DNA of 64,000 bases from Candidatus Sericytochromatia bacterium (GCA_964229355.1 CAXRDE010000019.1:389557-453556), one strand, 5' to 3'. Counted from the stretch's first letter, positions 1 to 10,303 are shown. Program-made: numbers and translations. Notes: generated from the letters alone by a model not told the origin.

Positions 1-398
1 CCCGTGAGCTAGAAGCGCGCATTAAAACCATTTTGCGGCGGGTAGAGCGCTATGTAGAAGCTCCCGTAAACCCTCAGGAAGTTTACGAGTCACCGGGCTG
101 GAAGCTGGTGTTGAATGCCGATGCCCGTACGGTGAAGCTCGCGGGCCAGGACATTGAACTCACGGCCACCGAGTTTGATTTGCTCAAAATTTTAATGGCG
201 AACCGGGGATTGGTTTTAAGCCGTGATGCACTGATGCAGAAATTGCGGGGATATGATTGGGACGTGACCGATCGCAGTGTCGATATGCATGTGAGTAAAT
301 TGCGCCAAAAATTAGGAGATCCTTCCCGTAAGCCCCAGATGTTAAAAACCGTTTGGGGTGTCGGTTACGTGTTTTCAGAGCCGAAAAAATCGCGATGA
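1..398 (+). CDS. OmpR-family response regulator, C-terminal portion (5' end lies outside the window)
   Basis: The reading frame is open from base 3 (…RELEARIKTILRRVERYVE…). Winged-helix DNA-binding region: DRSVDMHVSKLRQKL … MLKTVWGVGYVF. The stop overlaps the kinase start (ATGA). Confidence 0.8.
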   Translation, partial: RELEARIKTILRRVERYVEAPVNPQEVYESPGWKLVLNADARTVKLAGQDIELTATEFDLLKILMANRGLVLSRDALMQKLRGYDWDVTDRSVDMHVSKLRQKLGDPSRKPQMLKTVWGVGYVFSEPKKSR

Positions 399-1771
399 AA
401 GGCCTCTATCGCCAGGTTTATTTTTACACCCTGGGCATTCTCATCGTGAGCCTGGTGATGGCCACCTTTACTACCGGTCTGTTGTTTAACCGGCGGGAGC
501 AAGGCCTGTTTCGCCAAATGGTACGCAGCCAAATTCTGTTGATTAAGCATGAAGCTCACAAAGTGCAGCGCCGTAACCCTGCTCTTTTGCCTGAACGTCT
601 GGCGGAGCTGTCAGAACAACTCAGTTGGAATATCGCGTATTGGTACGACGGGAATTTAATCTACGCTTCTGTAAAAACGCCTCCGCGCTTTGATGCCCTT
701 AAAAAACAGCGACAATTGCCCGAAGAGCTGCTTTTGTTAAGCTCCTGGACCGAGCGTCGTCCGCAGGTTGCCTTACAGGTGTCTCCGCGATCGCCACGGG
801 CCATTTTGTGGCTGGAACCCCGCTGGGCGGCGGTAGGTAAAGGACTCTTGCGGGGTCCTTTGATCGGGGCGCTATTGGTGTTGCTCTTTTTGGGACTCTT
901 ATTGATTCCTTTTACCCGCTTTCTTCTAAGGCCCTATCAGGACTTACAAGATTCTATTGAGCGCTTGAGTCATGGAAATTTTTTAGAGGCCATTCCCCCC
1001 GAAAAACACCGCTCTTTTAAACCTCTGATTTTGGCTTTTAACCACATGCAGCAGCAAATTAAAGCCATGATGCAACAAAAAGAGCGTTTGGTGGCCGATG
1101 TTTCCCATGAGCTCCGCTCGCCCTTAACCCGTTTGCGTCTGGCCCTGGAAATTCTGGCTCCTCGATTGCCGGAAAGTGAATCTGAGGGCTTGATGAAGCA
1201 AGCCATTGGCGAAATTGAAGAGTTAGATCATATTATTCAAGATGTCCTGGAGGTGTCTCGCCTACAGCTCAAAGGGCTAAAAATTTCACCGGAGCCGCTG
1301 AACTTAACCCTCTTCTTGTTTGAGCTGCTTGAAGACTATGAACTGAGTTTTGAGGAACAGTATCTCAACCTTGAGGTGGATATTCCTGACGAAAGTGTCT
1401 GGTTGACCGCTGATTCTCGTCTCTTAAAGCGGCTGTTTAATAATCTTTTAAGCAATGCCGTAAAATATGCGCCGGGACCCGGTGATTTATATCTGTGTTT
1501 AACAGAAACCGAGACTGAGGTGATGATTTTATTGCAGGATTCAGGGCCAGGTATTCCTGTGGAGCATCTCGCCAAAGTGTTTACGCCTTTTTATCGCATT
1601 GAAAACTCGCGTACCCGTGATAAAGGCGGTGTGGGCCTGGGCCTGGCCATTGCCTATGAAATTGTTAAAGCCCATGAGGGCAGTTTGCGCGTTGAAAATC
1701 GTCCGGCACCCGAAACCGGTTTACGCCTCTGGATTCGTTTTCCGCGCCAGATCGGACAGAAAGAAATTTAG
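395..1771 (+). CDS. Sensor histidine kinase
   Basis: TM segment, then a HAMP-like region, H-box SHELRSPLTRLRL, N-box LLSNAVKYA, G1 DSGPGIP, G2 GGVGLGLAIA. ATG at 395 overlaps the regulator stop. Confidence 0.85.
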   Translation: MKGLYRQVYFYTLGILIVSLVMATFTTGLLFNRREQGLFRQMVRSQILLIKHEAHKVQRRNPALLPERLAELSEQLSWNIAYWYDGNLIYASVKTPPRFDALKKQRQLPEELLLLSSWTERRPQVALQVSPRSPRAILWLEPRWAAVGKGLLRGPLIGALLVLLFLGLLLIPFTRFLLRPYQDLQDSIERLSHGNFLEAIPPEKHRSFKPLILAFNHMQQQIKAMMQQKERLVADVSHELRSPLTRLRLALEILAPRLPESESEGLMKQAIGEIEELDHIIQDVLEVSRLQLKGLKISPEPLNLTLFLFELLEDYELSFEEQYLNLEVDIPDESVWLTADSRLLKRLFNNLLSNAVKYAPGPGDLYLCLTETETEVMILLQDSGPGIPVEHLAKVFTPFYRIENSRTRDKGGVGLGLAIAYEIVKAHEGSLRVENRPAPETGLRLWIRFPRQIGQKEI

Positions 1772-1920
1772 TTTTTACAGTTTTTTTATGGAAAAAAAGT
1801 CACAACGACGATAGTTTTGTTGTGTCAGTGGGTATAAAGAAAGTAAGCAAACAAACTTCTCCAAAGTTGCCTCTTGTTTGCCACGTTAACGCTTGTTAAC
1901 GGATTATCAACGGGTGATAC

Positions 1921-1959
1921 GGGCAGAAGATAAAGGTCAAATCTTCTGCCCTTTTTTTC
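1921..1959 (+). terminator. Rho-independent terminator after the two-component operon
   Basis: Hairpin gggcagaagat…atcttctgccc followed by a T7 tract. Confidence 0.6.
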
Positions 1960-1974
1960 GTTCAAGATTTTGGG

Positions 1975-2670
1975 TTATTGGGTTTTGCTCACGCTATACA
2001 AACGCTGGACTTCTTCGGCCGAAAGCACCCGATTGTAAACCCTCACTTCGTCAATATCGCCTTCAAAAAACTTACCTGAAAAAGGGCTTGCTCCCACATA
2101 AAAGTATTCATAGCCCCCACGGGGAGCCAGTTCAGTGTCTTTTTGAATAAGTTGACCGTCCACATAAAAGGTCACTTCATTGGCCATGTTGTCATAGCTT
2201 ACGGTCAGATGTTGCCAGGTATTCTCTTTGACGGGTACCAGCGTTGTGTTGCCTGTATTTTCTGGGTGGGTGCTGCGAACCCAGGCGCTGAGGGTGACCT
2301 GGGGGAGAGCTTCACCATTGAAGTCGCGATCTATGCGAAAGAAGCTGTCGCCGCCATTGAAGTGCCAGGCCTGATCTGGGTTGCCCAGACGATCGGTGGT
2401 TTGGGTTACACCCGTTGCTTGCTCAGTATCTGTGGGCGGAGCTTCTGAAAAACTGAAATATTCAATCAAACCAGCCATCGGAATTTCGGGCTCTGGGCTG
2501 GCAGAGGGATTGCCTGATGGGGCTGTGCTGGAGGCTGTTGTGGGCGACGTTGTGGGATTGGTACTGGGTATGGGAGACGGTACACTGGTGTTGCCAGGTG
2601 AGTTGACATTGACCGTACATGCTGAAAAAGTAAGTGCGACCGTAGTAACCAAAAAAGTAGTTTTTAACAT
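1975..2670 (-). CDS. Lipoprotein with S/T/P-rich linker and C-terminal LamG (Laminin_G_3 / concanavalin-like) domain
   Basis: Signal peptide with Cys (…LTFSAC). Low-complexity PSPIPSTNPTTSPTTASS linker. LamG hallmark FEGDIDEVRVYNRVLSAEEV. Confidence 0.7.
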   Translation of the reverse strand: MLKTTFLVTTVALTFSACTVNVNSPGNTSVPSPIPSTNPTTSPTTASSTAPSGNPSASPEPEIPMAGLIEYFSFSEAPPTDTEQATGVTQTTDRLGNPDQAWHFNGGDSFFRIDRDFNGEALPQVTLSAWVRSTHPENTGNTTLVPVKENTWQHLTVSYDNMANEVTFYVDGQLIQKDTELAPRGGYEYFYVGASPFSGKFFEGDIDEVRVYNRVLSAEEVQRLYSVSKTQ

Positions 2671-2902
2671 GAGTAAACTCCGTTTTCATAAATGTGTAAT
2701 GGGGTTGGAATACTTTGAGAATACCAAATAAAATGCCGTGAAAATGCAGGAGGCCACACTGAAATTGTTAGAAGTCTCACATCCGACGCGAAAAAAACAT
2801 AAGAGAAGTTTAATGTTTATATAACAATTATTAAAGTCTCTTGAATGCCAGGATTTGAACCCTTATGATAAAAATATCTTAAAAAGCGTAGGATGATGAA
2901 AT

Positions 2903-3448
2903 ATGAACTTAAAAGTGAGTGCCCCTCAACAAATTCAAGCTCTGTTTAAAGCTCAGGGCGTGCGTGAACTCAGTGTTCCCCTTGAAGAAGCCGCCAAACA
3001 CACTGAAAATAACAATATGGACGAAGTCTTTTTCTCTTTTGAAGGAAAGGATTACGTGGCCTTTGGAAATCAACTGAAGTTTGATCCCATGAATACCCTG
3101 GAAGCCGTTTCTTTAAGCCGACAGGGCGTGGATATTCTTTACACCCAGGATGAGAGCAACACCATGGGTGAAGGCGCTCGCTCCGCGCTCAATTCCACAC
3201 CGGGTAAAATTGCCAAATATGGTGCGACTGGCCTGGGTGCATTGGCTGGCGCAGGTCTGGCTCTATTTGCAGGGGGCATGGCCAGCCGTCCTCAATTCGT
3301 GGGTATGGGTGCTTTATTGACCACCACGGCCATTGGTGGAGGCATTGGTGCTGCCGTGGGTTATGGCGCGACCGCCACTGTGGGAGCACTCAAAGGCGCC
3401 GTCACTTTTGCTGACACCTCAAGCATTGACGCCATTACAAAAAAATAA
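2903..3448 (+). CDS. Hypothetical protein with C-terminal glycine-zipper (GxxxG) membrane segment
   Basis: Hydrophilic N-terminal ~110 aa, then GATGLGALAGAGLALFAGGMAS…AIGGGIGAAVGYGATATVGAL. RBS-like aggatga upstream. Confidence 0.6.
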   Translation: MNLKVSAPQQIQALFKAQGVRELSVPLEEAAKHTENNNMDEVFFSFEGKDYVAFGNQLKFDPMNTLEAVSLSRQGVDILYTQDESNTMGEGARSALNSTPGKIAKYGATGLGALAGAGLALFAGGMASRPQFVGMGALLTTTAIGGGIGAAVGYGATATVGALKGAVTFADTSSIDAITKK

Positions 3449-3578
3449 TCCCTTATTAGTGTTCTTCAAAAGCAGTCTGTACCTTTGACAGGCTGCTTTC
3501 TTACATCTAACCCCCTGCAGAACCCCTTTGATATCCCGTACAATAGAGACACGATTTTGATACGGAGAACTTTTTGAC

Positions 3579-4559
3579 ATGCGCATCTGGGACCTTTACA
3601 AACTGGCAATTGACATGGGCATTGCAACGGATCCGCGAGGCCAGGCTGCCGTGTTGCAATTGTTAGAAGACAAACAAAACAACTACTATGAGGCGCCCAG
3701 TGCCAGGCCCGGCAGTCAAGAAGATTTACTGGGCATGTTCGATAAAGAGTTACTCCATAATCCTTACCCTGACACCCGTGTTTTAGGCGGAACGCCAGAA
3801 ACAGAAGTCAAACATTTATTTGCAGGCATTGATGTGGGCACCGCTGAGTTAATGCTCGTGGATCGCTTGAATCAAAAAGGTGCGGGCATTGATCTGGTGA
3901 TGGCCCACCACCCCGAAGGCATTGCCCTGACCACGCTGGCCCAGGCCATGGGCTTACAGGCCGATATGTTTGCCTGTTGTGGTGTACCGATTAACGCTGC
4001 CGAACACATTTTGGCGGGTGAAGCTGAAAAAACCACTATTGATCTGGTGACCGGCAATTATAACCGGGCGGTAGATGCTGCGCGCTTGTTGGAATTGCCT
4101 TTTATGTGTGTACATACCCCCACCGATAACCTGGTGCAACACTATTGGGAACAGCGCTTTGCTCAGGAGAAACCCGCCACCCTGGGTCAGATTATGGATA
4201 TGTTGAACGGTGAGCCTGAGTATATTGAAGCCACTAAATTTGCGGCGGGCCCCCAACTGCTTGCGGGAAGCCCTGAGATGCGTCCGGGTAAAATCATGGT
4301 GGATATGACCGGGGGAACCGATGCTGGCCCCAAACTCTATAAGCGTCTGGGTGCGGCAGGCGTGGGTACTCTGGTGGCCATGCACATGTCCAACGGGACC
4401 CTGGAAGTGATGCGTGAAAACCATATCAACGTGATTTTAGCAGGGCATATGTCCAGTGATTCTCTGGGGCTGAATCTCTATTTAGATGCGGTAGAAGCCC
4501 AGGGTGTAAAAGTGACAGCAGGTGCTGGCTTAACGCGTTTTAGCCGTCGCGCATCATGA
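3579..4559 (+). CDS. Hypothetical protein, possibly NIF3/YqfO-like dinuclear-metal family
   Basis: IDLVMAHHPEG (resembles the NIF3 ithHP motif), CVHTPTDN and AGHMSSDSLG motifs. Assignment from remembered family pattern only. Confidence 0.4.
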   Translation: MRIWDLYKLAIDMGIATDPRGQAAVLQLLEDKQNNYYEAPSARPGSQEDLLGMFDKELLHNPYPDTRVLGGTPETEVKHLFAGIDVGTAELMLVDRLNQKGAGIDLVMAHHPEGIALTTLAQAMGLQADMFACCGVPINAAEHILAGEAEKTTIDLVTGNYNRAVDAARLLELPFMCVHTPTDNLVQHYWEQRFAQEKPATLGQIMDMLNGEPEYIEATKFAAGPQLLAGSPEMRPGKIMVDMTGGTDAGPKLYKRLGAAGVGTLVAMHMSNGTLEVMRENHINVILAGHMSSDSLGLNLYLDAVEAQGVKVTAGAGLTRFSRRAS

Positions 4560-6559
4560 AACATTTAGCGCTTTACCGCAAGTGGCGTCCTCAGCGCTTT
4601 GAGGATCTGGTGGGACAGACCCATGTCTCTCGCACTTTATTAAACGCTATGCGCCTGGACCGTTTGGCCCACGCCTATTTATTCTGTGGGCCACGGGGCA
4701 CAGGCAAAACCAGTTCCGCGCGTCTTTTGGCCAAAGCCCTGAACTGTGAAAACCCTGTGGATTATGAACCCTGTAACCTCTGTCAAAACTGTGAGGAGAT
4801 TACCGCAGGCCACTCGCTCGACGTGATTGAAATCGATGCGGCCTCTAACCGGGGTATTGATTCAGCTCGCGACTTGCGGGAACAGGTGCGCTTTTCTGCC
4901 AGTGCAGGAAAATACCGCGTCTTTATTATTGATGAGTTTCACATGCTCACCAAAGAAGCCTTTAATGCGCTGCTCAAAACCCTTGAAGAACCCCCAGAAA
5001 AAGTGATTTTTGTGTTGGCTACCACTGAGCCACACGCCGTTTTACCCACCATTGTGTCGCGTTGTCAGCGCTTTGACTTTCAGCGTATTGGTGTCAGCGA
5101 TATGCGCCAATACCTGCGCAAAATTGCTACCGCAGAACACATTGGTATTTCTGATGCGGCCCTTGATGCTTTATCCCGTAAGGCCAATGGGGGATTGCGC
5201 GACGGCATGAGTTTGTTGGATCAGGTGCAGGCCATTGGGGAGCCCGGTGAACCCCTGCCCGATAAACTGGTGTACCTGACCCTGGGGCTGGTGGAAGAAA
5301 ACGCGCTGATTGCCTTGTTGGAAGCGGCTTTCTCGGGGGATGCCGAAACGCTGATTCACAATACACGTCTGCTGTTAGAACAAGGTCACGATGCCCTGCA
5401 GGTGGTACAAGAACTGATTCAATTGCTGCGTCATTTAAGTTTGGCCCATCTGCCCGAAGAGACCCTGGTGCAATTGAGTGTGCCAGCCCATCTGATCGAA
5501 GGGTTAAAGACCTTGTCAAAGACCGTATCACGGGGTGATCAGGTGAACGCCCTGGAATTGCTTCTTCGTACCGGAGACCGTTTGCACCATTGTGCCCAGC
5601 CCGATATTTGGCTGGAAGCCGATCTGTTGTGTTTGTGTTTGCAGAGTGAGGCAGTCCTGTTAAAACGGGTAGAACACTTAGAAAAGCAATTGCAAGCGGG
5701 GGTTCGCCCGGCAGCGACGAGTGCCCCGTCCACTCAGCGGCCTGTGCAACAGCCTCCTGGCTCTGTCAGCCCAGCACCCGCCATGCGCTCACCTGAGCCA
5801 GCGAGGCCTATTGTGTCGGCACCACTACCCTCAGTGCCTGCCGAGGCGACTCCCCTTGAGGTGAGTCCGGCCCCACCCCACCAGCACGAGATTACCGAAC
5901 AGGTAGTGCCGCTGAACACTCAGGATCCACGGGCTTTATGGGATGCGTTTGTAGAGGCTGTAAAAAACCATCAAAAACCCGTGATTGGCTTTTTGATGAA
6001 TGGTCATCTGGCCCATGTGGATACGCAAAACAAGACCTGGGTGCTGGCCTTTCAGGGACGTTTTCAGCGGGACCGTATTCAGCAAAAATTAAGCGATCGC
6101 AGTTTGCAGTCTCTGGTGTCTCAAATTATGGGCAGCCCCTTTGAGATTGAAGTCACCCTGGAGGGTGAAAAAAAAAACCGTGAACCCGCCCCGATAAAGC
6201 CCGCTGAACCCGTGGTCGTTCCTCAGGCCGCTCCTGCTCAGCACACTCCTGTCAAACTACCACCCGAAGCACCACACGCCCAGCCCCTTCCACAGGATGC
6301 GGTAGCGCCGGTCTGGAACGATGGGCAAGACTGGGATGATGATGACGAAATAGACGTTCATTATTCACCCGCAGAATTACATGGTCATGGTGTACCTGAA
6401 CTGTTGCCTCGCGCTGAGCAGCCTTCTCCAAAGCCAGAGCCGGTACCGTCCGCTTTAAGCCCTGAAGTCGAAGCCAATGCTGTGGAAGCTTTACCCATTG
6501 AGAGCTTACAAGAGGTGGCGGATATTTTTAAAGGAAAAATTGTGACCCGCAGGCACTAG
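4556..6559 (+). CDS. dnaX: DNA polymerase III subunit tau/gamma
   Basis: Walker A GPRGTGKTS, a 4-Cys zinc module CENPVDYEPCNLCQNC, DEFHML box, long Pro-rich linker, C-terminal tau domain and acidic tail. ATGA overlap with the upstream gene. Confidence 0.9.
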   Translation: MKHLALYRKWRPQRFEDLVGQTHVSRTLLNAMRLDRLAHAYLFCGPRGTGKTSSARLLAKALNCENPVDYEPCNLCQNCEEITAGHSLDVIEIDAASNRGIDSARDLREQVRFSASAGKYRVFIIDEFHMLTKEAFNALLKTLEEPPEKVIFVLATTEPHAVLPTIVSRCQRFDFQRIGVSDMRQYLRKIATAEHIGISDAALDALSRKANGGLRDGMSLLDQVQAIGEPGEPLPDKLVYLTLGLVEENALIALLEAAFSGDAETLIHNTRLLLEQGHDALQVVQELIQLLRHLSLAHLPEETLVQLSVPAHLIEGLKTLSKTVSRGDQVNALELLLRTGDRLHHCAQPDIWLEADLLCLCLQSEAVLLKRVEHLEKQLQAGVRPAATSAPSTQRPVQQPPGSVSPAPAMRSPEPARPIVSAPLPSVPAEATPLEVSPAPPHQHEITEQVVPLNTQDPRALWDAFVEAVKNHQKPVIGFLMNGHLAHVDTQNKTWVLAFQGRFQRDRIQQKLSDRSLQSLVSQIMGSPFEIEVTLEGEKKNREPAPIKPAEPVVVPQAAPAQHTPVKLPPEAPHAQPLPQDAVAPVWNDGQDWDDDDEIDVHYSPAELHGHGVPELLPRAEQPSPKPEPVPSALSPEVEANAVEALPIESLQEVADIFKGKIVTRRH

Positions 6560-7143
6560 CGGGCATTTTTTAGGCGGCGAGCCGCCTCCGTCAGGGGGCC
6601 GTTGGATACAATATGGCCGCGAATGGCTTTGCCTTCGCCGTCGCAGCCATAAATCAAGTAGCCGCTGGTAATGCTATTTGTATTGCCACCGTTAGCAGAA
6701 AGAAAGCGTGTGGTGGCATTCTGATTATTATCTAAGCCGATATACATCACGAGTCCCGGTGTCGGTTTACCATCTTCACCCTCAAAATCCAGCAATGAAT
6801 TGTCTGCAGAATTGGCTGAGCCTTCGTCATTGGTCCGCCAGGCGCCCTTTCCATCTGTGCCCGAGACTCCTGCCTGGTTGGTGTAGGGGTTGGTGAAGTT
6901 TTTATAATTGATAGTGCCAGTCATTTGAGGAATAGTGCCCGGATACAAGCCTCCCCAATCCACGGCATAGGTTTCGGCTACAATTTGCAGGACCTTTATA
7001 TTGGCTTTGACACTGGCTTGTTTGGCGCGGTCCTGAGCGGCTGCAAAATTGGGGAGTGCAATGGCAACCAGGATCCCGACAATCACGATGACAACCATCA
7101 ATTCAATGAGGGTCAATCCTTTTTGATGCTGAAGGCCTTTCAT
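6556..7143 (-). CDS. Type IV pilin-like protein (prepilin N-terminal methylation domain)
   Basis: N-terminus KGLTLIELMVVIVIVGILVAIALP, the classic prepilin cleavage/methylation motif, followed by a ~160-aa globular domain. Confidence 0.75.
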   Translation of the reverse strand: MKGLQHQKGLTLIELMVVIVIVGILVAIALPNFAAAQDRAKQASVKANIKVLQIVAETYAVDWGGLYPGTIPQMTGTINYKNFTNPYTNQAGVSGTDGKGAWRTNDEGSANSADNSLLDFEGEDGKPTPGLVMYIGLDNNQNATTRFLSANGGNTNSITSGYLIYGCDGEGKAIRGHIVSNGPLTEAARRLKNAR

Positions 7144-7275
7144 TGGTTAACACTTCCTGTTGGTGGGCTGCTTAAATATTCCCAGCCATCAGAGCGATTA
7201 AACGCATATTATTAAAAAATATTAAGTTATGTATACTATAATCACGCAAAATGGATAGATGTGAAGGTTCAATCA

Positions 7276-8895
7276 ATGACCAAGTATATTTTTATTACCG
7301 GTGGCGTGGTGTCGGGCATTGGCAAAGGCATTGTGGCTTCTTCGCTGGGAAGGCTCTTAAAAAACCATGGCTTTAAAATTTCGCTGCTTAAACTCGATCC
7401 GTATATTAATTTAGATCCAGGCACCATGAGCCCTTACCAGCATGGTGAGGTATTTGTGACCGAAGATGGTGCAGAAACGGATCTGGATTTAGGGCACTAT
7501 GAGCGCTTTACCGATGTGCATTTGACCCGACAGAGCAATCTAACAACGGGGGCTATTTATTTGCGCGTCATTCAAAAAGAGCGCAAAGGGGATTACCTGA
7601 GTGGAACGGTACAGGTGGTGCCCCACATTACCAATGCCATTAAAGAGCATATTCATACGGCGGCCAGTAAAGACACTGACGTGGTCATTACGGAAATTGG
7701 GGGGACCGTTGGCGATATCGAAAGCTTGCCGTTTATTGAAGGTATTCGTCAATTTCGCAAAGATGTGGGCAAAGACAATATTCTCTATGTGCACGTGACC
7801 TGGATTCCCTACATTAAAGTGGTGGGTGAACTTAAAACCAAGCCCAGTCAACACAGCGTGATGGAGTTGCGTCGCCACGGGATTCAACCGGATATTTTGG
7901 TGTGTCGCAGCGAAAAAACCTTAAACAAGGGCATTCGCGAAAAACTCTCGGTGTTTTGCGATATTGACCTGGACGCGGTCATCCCATGCAAAGATGCCCG
8001 CTCGATTTATGAGGTGCCGGCCACACTCCACAAGCATGGTCTGACCGAACAGGTGCTGCACCGCTTGCATTTGACGCCACCCCGTGCCGAGATGGACTGG
8101 GAAGGTTGGGTGAGTCAACCCGGACAACTCAAAAAGCCCAGTCATCGGGTCAGTATTGCCCTGGTAGGTAAATATGTGCAGTTGCCAGATGCCTATTTAA
8201 GTGTGACCGAGTCCCTACACCATGCCGCAGCAGCCTTAGACACCGAACTCGATATCCAATGGGTGCACGCCGATGAAGAAGTTGAAAAACTGGGCACCGA
8301 GGTCTTGCAGAACGCTGAAGGTATTTTGGTTCCCGGTGGCTTTGGGGAGCGAGGTGTTGAAGGCAAAATCAGTGCAATCCGCTATGCCCGTGAACAAAAG
8401 CTTCCCTTTTTGGGGCTGTGTTTGGGCATGCAATGTGCGGTGATTGAATACGCACGTCACGTATGTGGCTTAGCAGCTGCCCACAGTGCTGAGTTTGCAC
8501 CCGATACCCCTTACCCCGTTATTGATCTCATGCCCGCCCAGCGGGATTTAGAAAACCTGGGAGGAACCATGCGTCTGGGAGCCTACCCCTGTAAATTGGA
8601 CCCGGCCTCTCAACTGTATGCGCTCTACGGGGCCGATATGATTCAGGAACGGCACCGCCATCGCTATGAGGTGAACAACCAATATCGAGAAACCTTAGAA
8701 AATCATGGTTTGCGCATCTCGGGCACCTCGCCAGATGGTTATTTGGTGGAATCTATTGAGTTGCCTGGGCACCCTTTCTTTGTGGCCGTTCAGTTTCATC
8801 CTGAGTTTCGTTCGCGCCCGAACCGTCCGGGGCCTTGCTTTAAGGGCTTTATTGCTGCCTGTTTACAGGCCAAAGGAGTGGAAGTATGTCTTTAA
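7276..8895 (+). CDS. pyrG: CTP synthase
   Basis: [20 protein letters not shown]-terminus. Glutamine amidotransferase region with GLCLGMQ and HPEF. The ORF track starts it at 7261; the internal ATG at 7276 matches the canonical N-terminus. Confidence 0.9.
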   Translation: MTKYIFITGGVVSGIGKGIVASSLGRLLKNHGFKISLLKLDPYINLDPGTMSPYQHGEVFVTEDGAETDLDLGHYERFTDVHLTRQSNLTTGAIYLRVIQKERKGDYLSGTVQVVPHITNAIKEHIHTAASKDTDVVITEIGGTVGDIESLPFIEGIRQFRKDVGKDNILYVHVTWIPYIKVVGELKTKPSQHSVMELRRHGIQPDILVCRSEKTLNKGIREKLSVFCDIDLDAVIPCKDARSIYEVPATLHKHGLTEQVLHRLHLTPPRAEMDWEGWVSQPGQLKKPSHRVSIALVGKYVQLPDAYLSVTESLHHAAAALDTELDIQWVHADEEVEKLGTEVLQNAEGILVPGGFGERGVEGKISAIRYAREQKLPFLGLCLGMQCAVIEYARHVCGLAAAHSAEFAPDTPYPVIDLMPAQRDLENLGGTMRLGAYPCKLDPASQLYALYGADMIQERHRHRYEVNNQYRETLENHGLRISGTSPDGYLVESIELPGHPFFVAVQFHPEFRSRPNRPGPCFKGFIAACLQAKGVEVCL

Positions 8896-9323
8896 ATCCA
8901 ATTGCCGAAACCCAGGCCCGTCAACTGATGGATATGGCAGAGCAGGCCTATACCCAGGCCTATGCCCCGTATTCTCGCTTTCGGGTGGGGGCAGCACTGT
9001 TGACCGTTCCCGATGAAGCGGGACACAGTGAGGTATTCAAGGGCTGTAATGTTGAAAACGCCGCGTATAGTCTGGCCATTTGCGCCGAGCGGGTGGCCAT
9101 GAGTCAGGCGGTGGCCCAGGGGTATCGTCAATTTCAGGCCATTGCTGTGGTGGCTGAGCAAACCCAACCCTGTTTTCCCTGTGGTTCTTGCCGTCAATTT
9201 TTGAGTGAGCTGGCCCCTGATTTGGAAGTGATTATTCTGGAGGCCGATCGGCGTTTAACCCGTTACCGGATTGCCGATCTTTTGCCCTATGCATTCAACG
9301 CCGATGCATTGCCACCCACCTAA
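8886..9323 (+). CDS. cdd: Cytidine/deoxycytidylate deaminase family protein
   Basis: CAERVAM and PCGSCRQFL zinc-binding motifs. Overlaps the pyrG stop. Confidence 0.75.
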   Translation: MSLNPIAETQARQLMDMAEQAYTQAYAPYSRFRVGAALLTVPDEAGHSEVFKGCNVENAAYSLAICAERVAMSQAVAQGYRQFQAIAVVAEQTQPCFPCGSCRQFLSELAPDLEVIILEADRRLTRYRIADLLPYAFNADALPPT

Positions 9324-9370
9324 CAGAAGCCGTACACTGCTTACATCATCTGAAGAAAAGGATTCAAGTT

Positions 9371-10219
9371 ATGGAAATTAAAAAAGTTGCCATTCTGGGT
9401 CTGGGCACCATGGGCTCAGGCATTGCCCAGGTCTGTGCCCAATCCGGTTTAGAAACCGTGTGCTTTGACGTCAAACAAGCGTTTGTAGACGCAGGTATGG
9501 CACGCATTCAAAAGAATTTAGACTACGGTCTCAACAAAGGGAAATTCACAGAAGAACACGTGAAAAGTACCCAATCTAAACTGAGTACCACCACCGACCT
9601 CAATACCCTGACCGATGTGGATCTGGTGATTGAAGCCGTGATTGAAGACATTGCCATTAAAAAGCAGGTGTTTGCGCAACTGGACGCTGTGTGCCCTGCT
9701 CACACCCTGATTGCCAGTAACACTTCTTCACTGTCCATTACGGATATGGCCAGCGCCACCCAACGCCGCGATAAGGTTTTGGGACTGCACTTTTTTAACC
9801 CTGCTTTCTTGATGAAACTGGTGGAAGTGGTCAAAGGCTTAGAAACCTCTGACGAGACGGTGGCTGCGGCTTATGCTTTTGCTGAAACCCTGGGTAAAAC
9901 CGCAGTGCTGTCTAAAGACACGCCCGGTTTTATTGTAAATCTCTTGCTGATTCCTTATTTGCTGGATGCTGCACGGGTTTATGAAAATGGACTGGCTTCT
10001 GCTGAAGACATCGACAACGCCATGAAACTGGGTGCAGGTTACCCCATGGGGCCGCTAACCCTTATGGATATGATTGGCATTGACGTGTGTGTCAAGGTGG
10101 GCGATATTTTGTTTGATGCATACCGCGAGAGCAAATACAATGTACCGCCGCTGCTGCGTCGCATGGTGATGGCCGGTCATTTGGGCCGCAAGTCAGGCCA
10201 GGGCTTCTACGCCTATTAA
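9371..10219 (+). CDS. hbd: 3-hydroxybutyryl-CoA / 3-hydroxyacyl-CoA dehydrogenase
   Basis: Rossmann motif ILGLGTMGSGIA. HFFNPA and 3HCDH C-terminal domain. RBS aaaagga. Confidence 0.85.
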   Translation: MEIKKVAILGLGTMGSGIAQVCAQSGLETVCFDVKQAFVDAGMARIQKNLDYGLNKGKFTEEHVKSTQSKLSTTTDLNTLTDVDLVIEAVIEDIAIKKQVFAQLDAVCPAHTLIASNTSSLSITDMASATQRRDKVLGLHFFNPAFLMKLVEVVKGLETSDETVAAAYAFAETLGKTAVLSKDTPGFIVNLLLIPYLLDAARVYENGLASAEDIDNAMKLGAGYPMGPLTLMDMIGIDVCVKVGDILFDAYRESKYNVPPLLRRMVMAGHLGRKSGQGFYAY

Positions 10220-10245
10220 GCGCAAACACTGTTGACTGAGCTCAC

Positions 10246-10287
10246 GGGCCTGATTCGTTTTAAACAAAGGAATCAGGCCCATTTTTT
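10246..10287. terminator. Hairpin terminator between convergent genes
   Basis: gggcctgatt … aatcaggccc followed by T6. Confidence 0.55.
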
Positions 10288-10303
10288 ACCGGACAGGTGG
10301 TGA

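Noticed and set aside
3465-3500. Imperfect hairpin aaagcagtctgt…acaggctgcttt after the glycine-zipper gene
   Set aside because: One mismatch and no T-tract. Possible but unsupported terminator.
3954-4424. 156-aa and 61-aa minus-strand ORFs inside the NIF3-like gene
   Set aside because: Antisense ORFs within a longer, better-supported + strand gene. No RBS or motifs.
7540-8460. Several 65-115-aa ORFs on both strands within pyrG
   Set aside because: Embedded in or antisense to the CTP synthase gene. Spurious.
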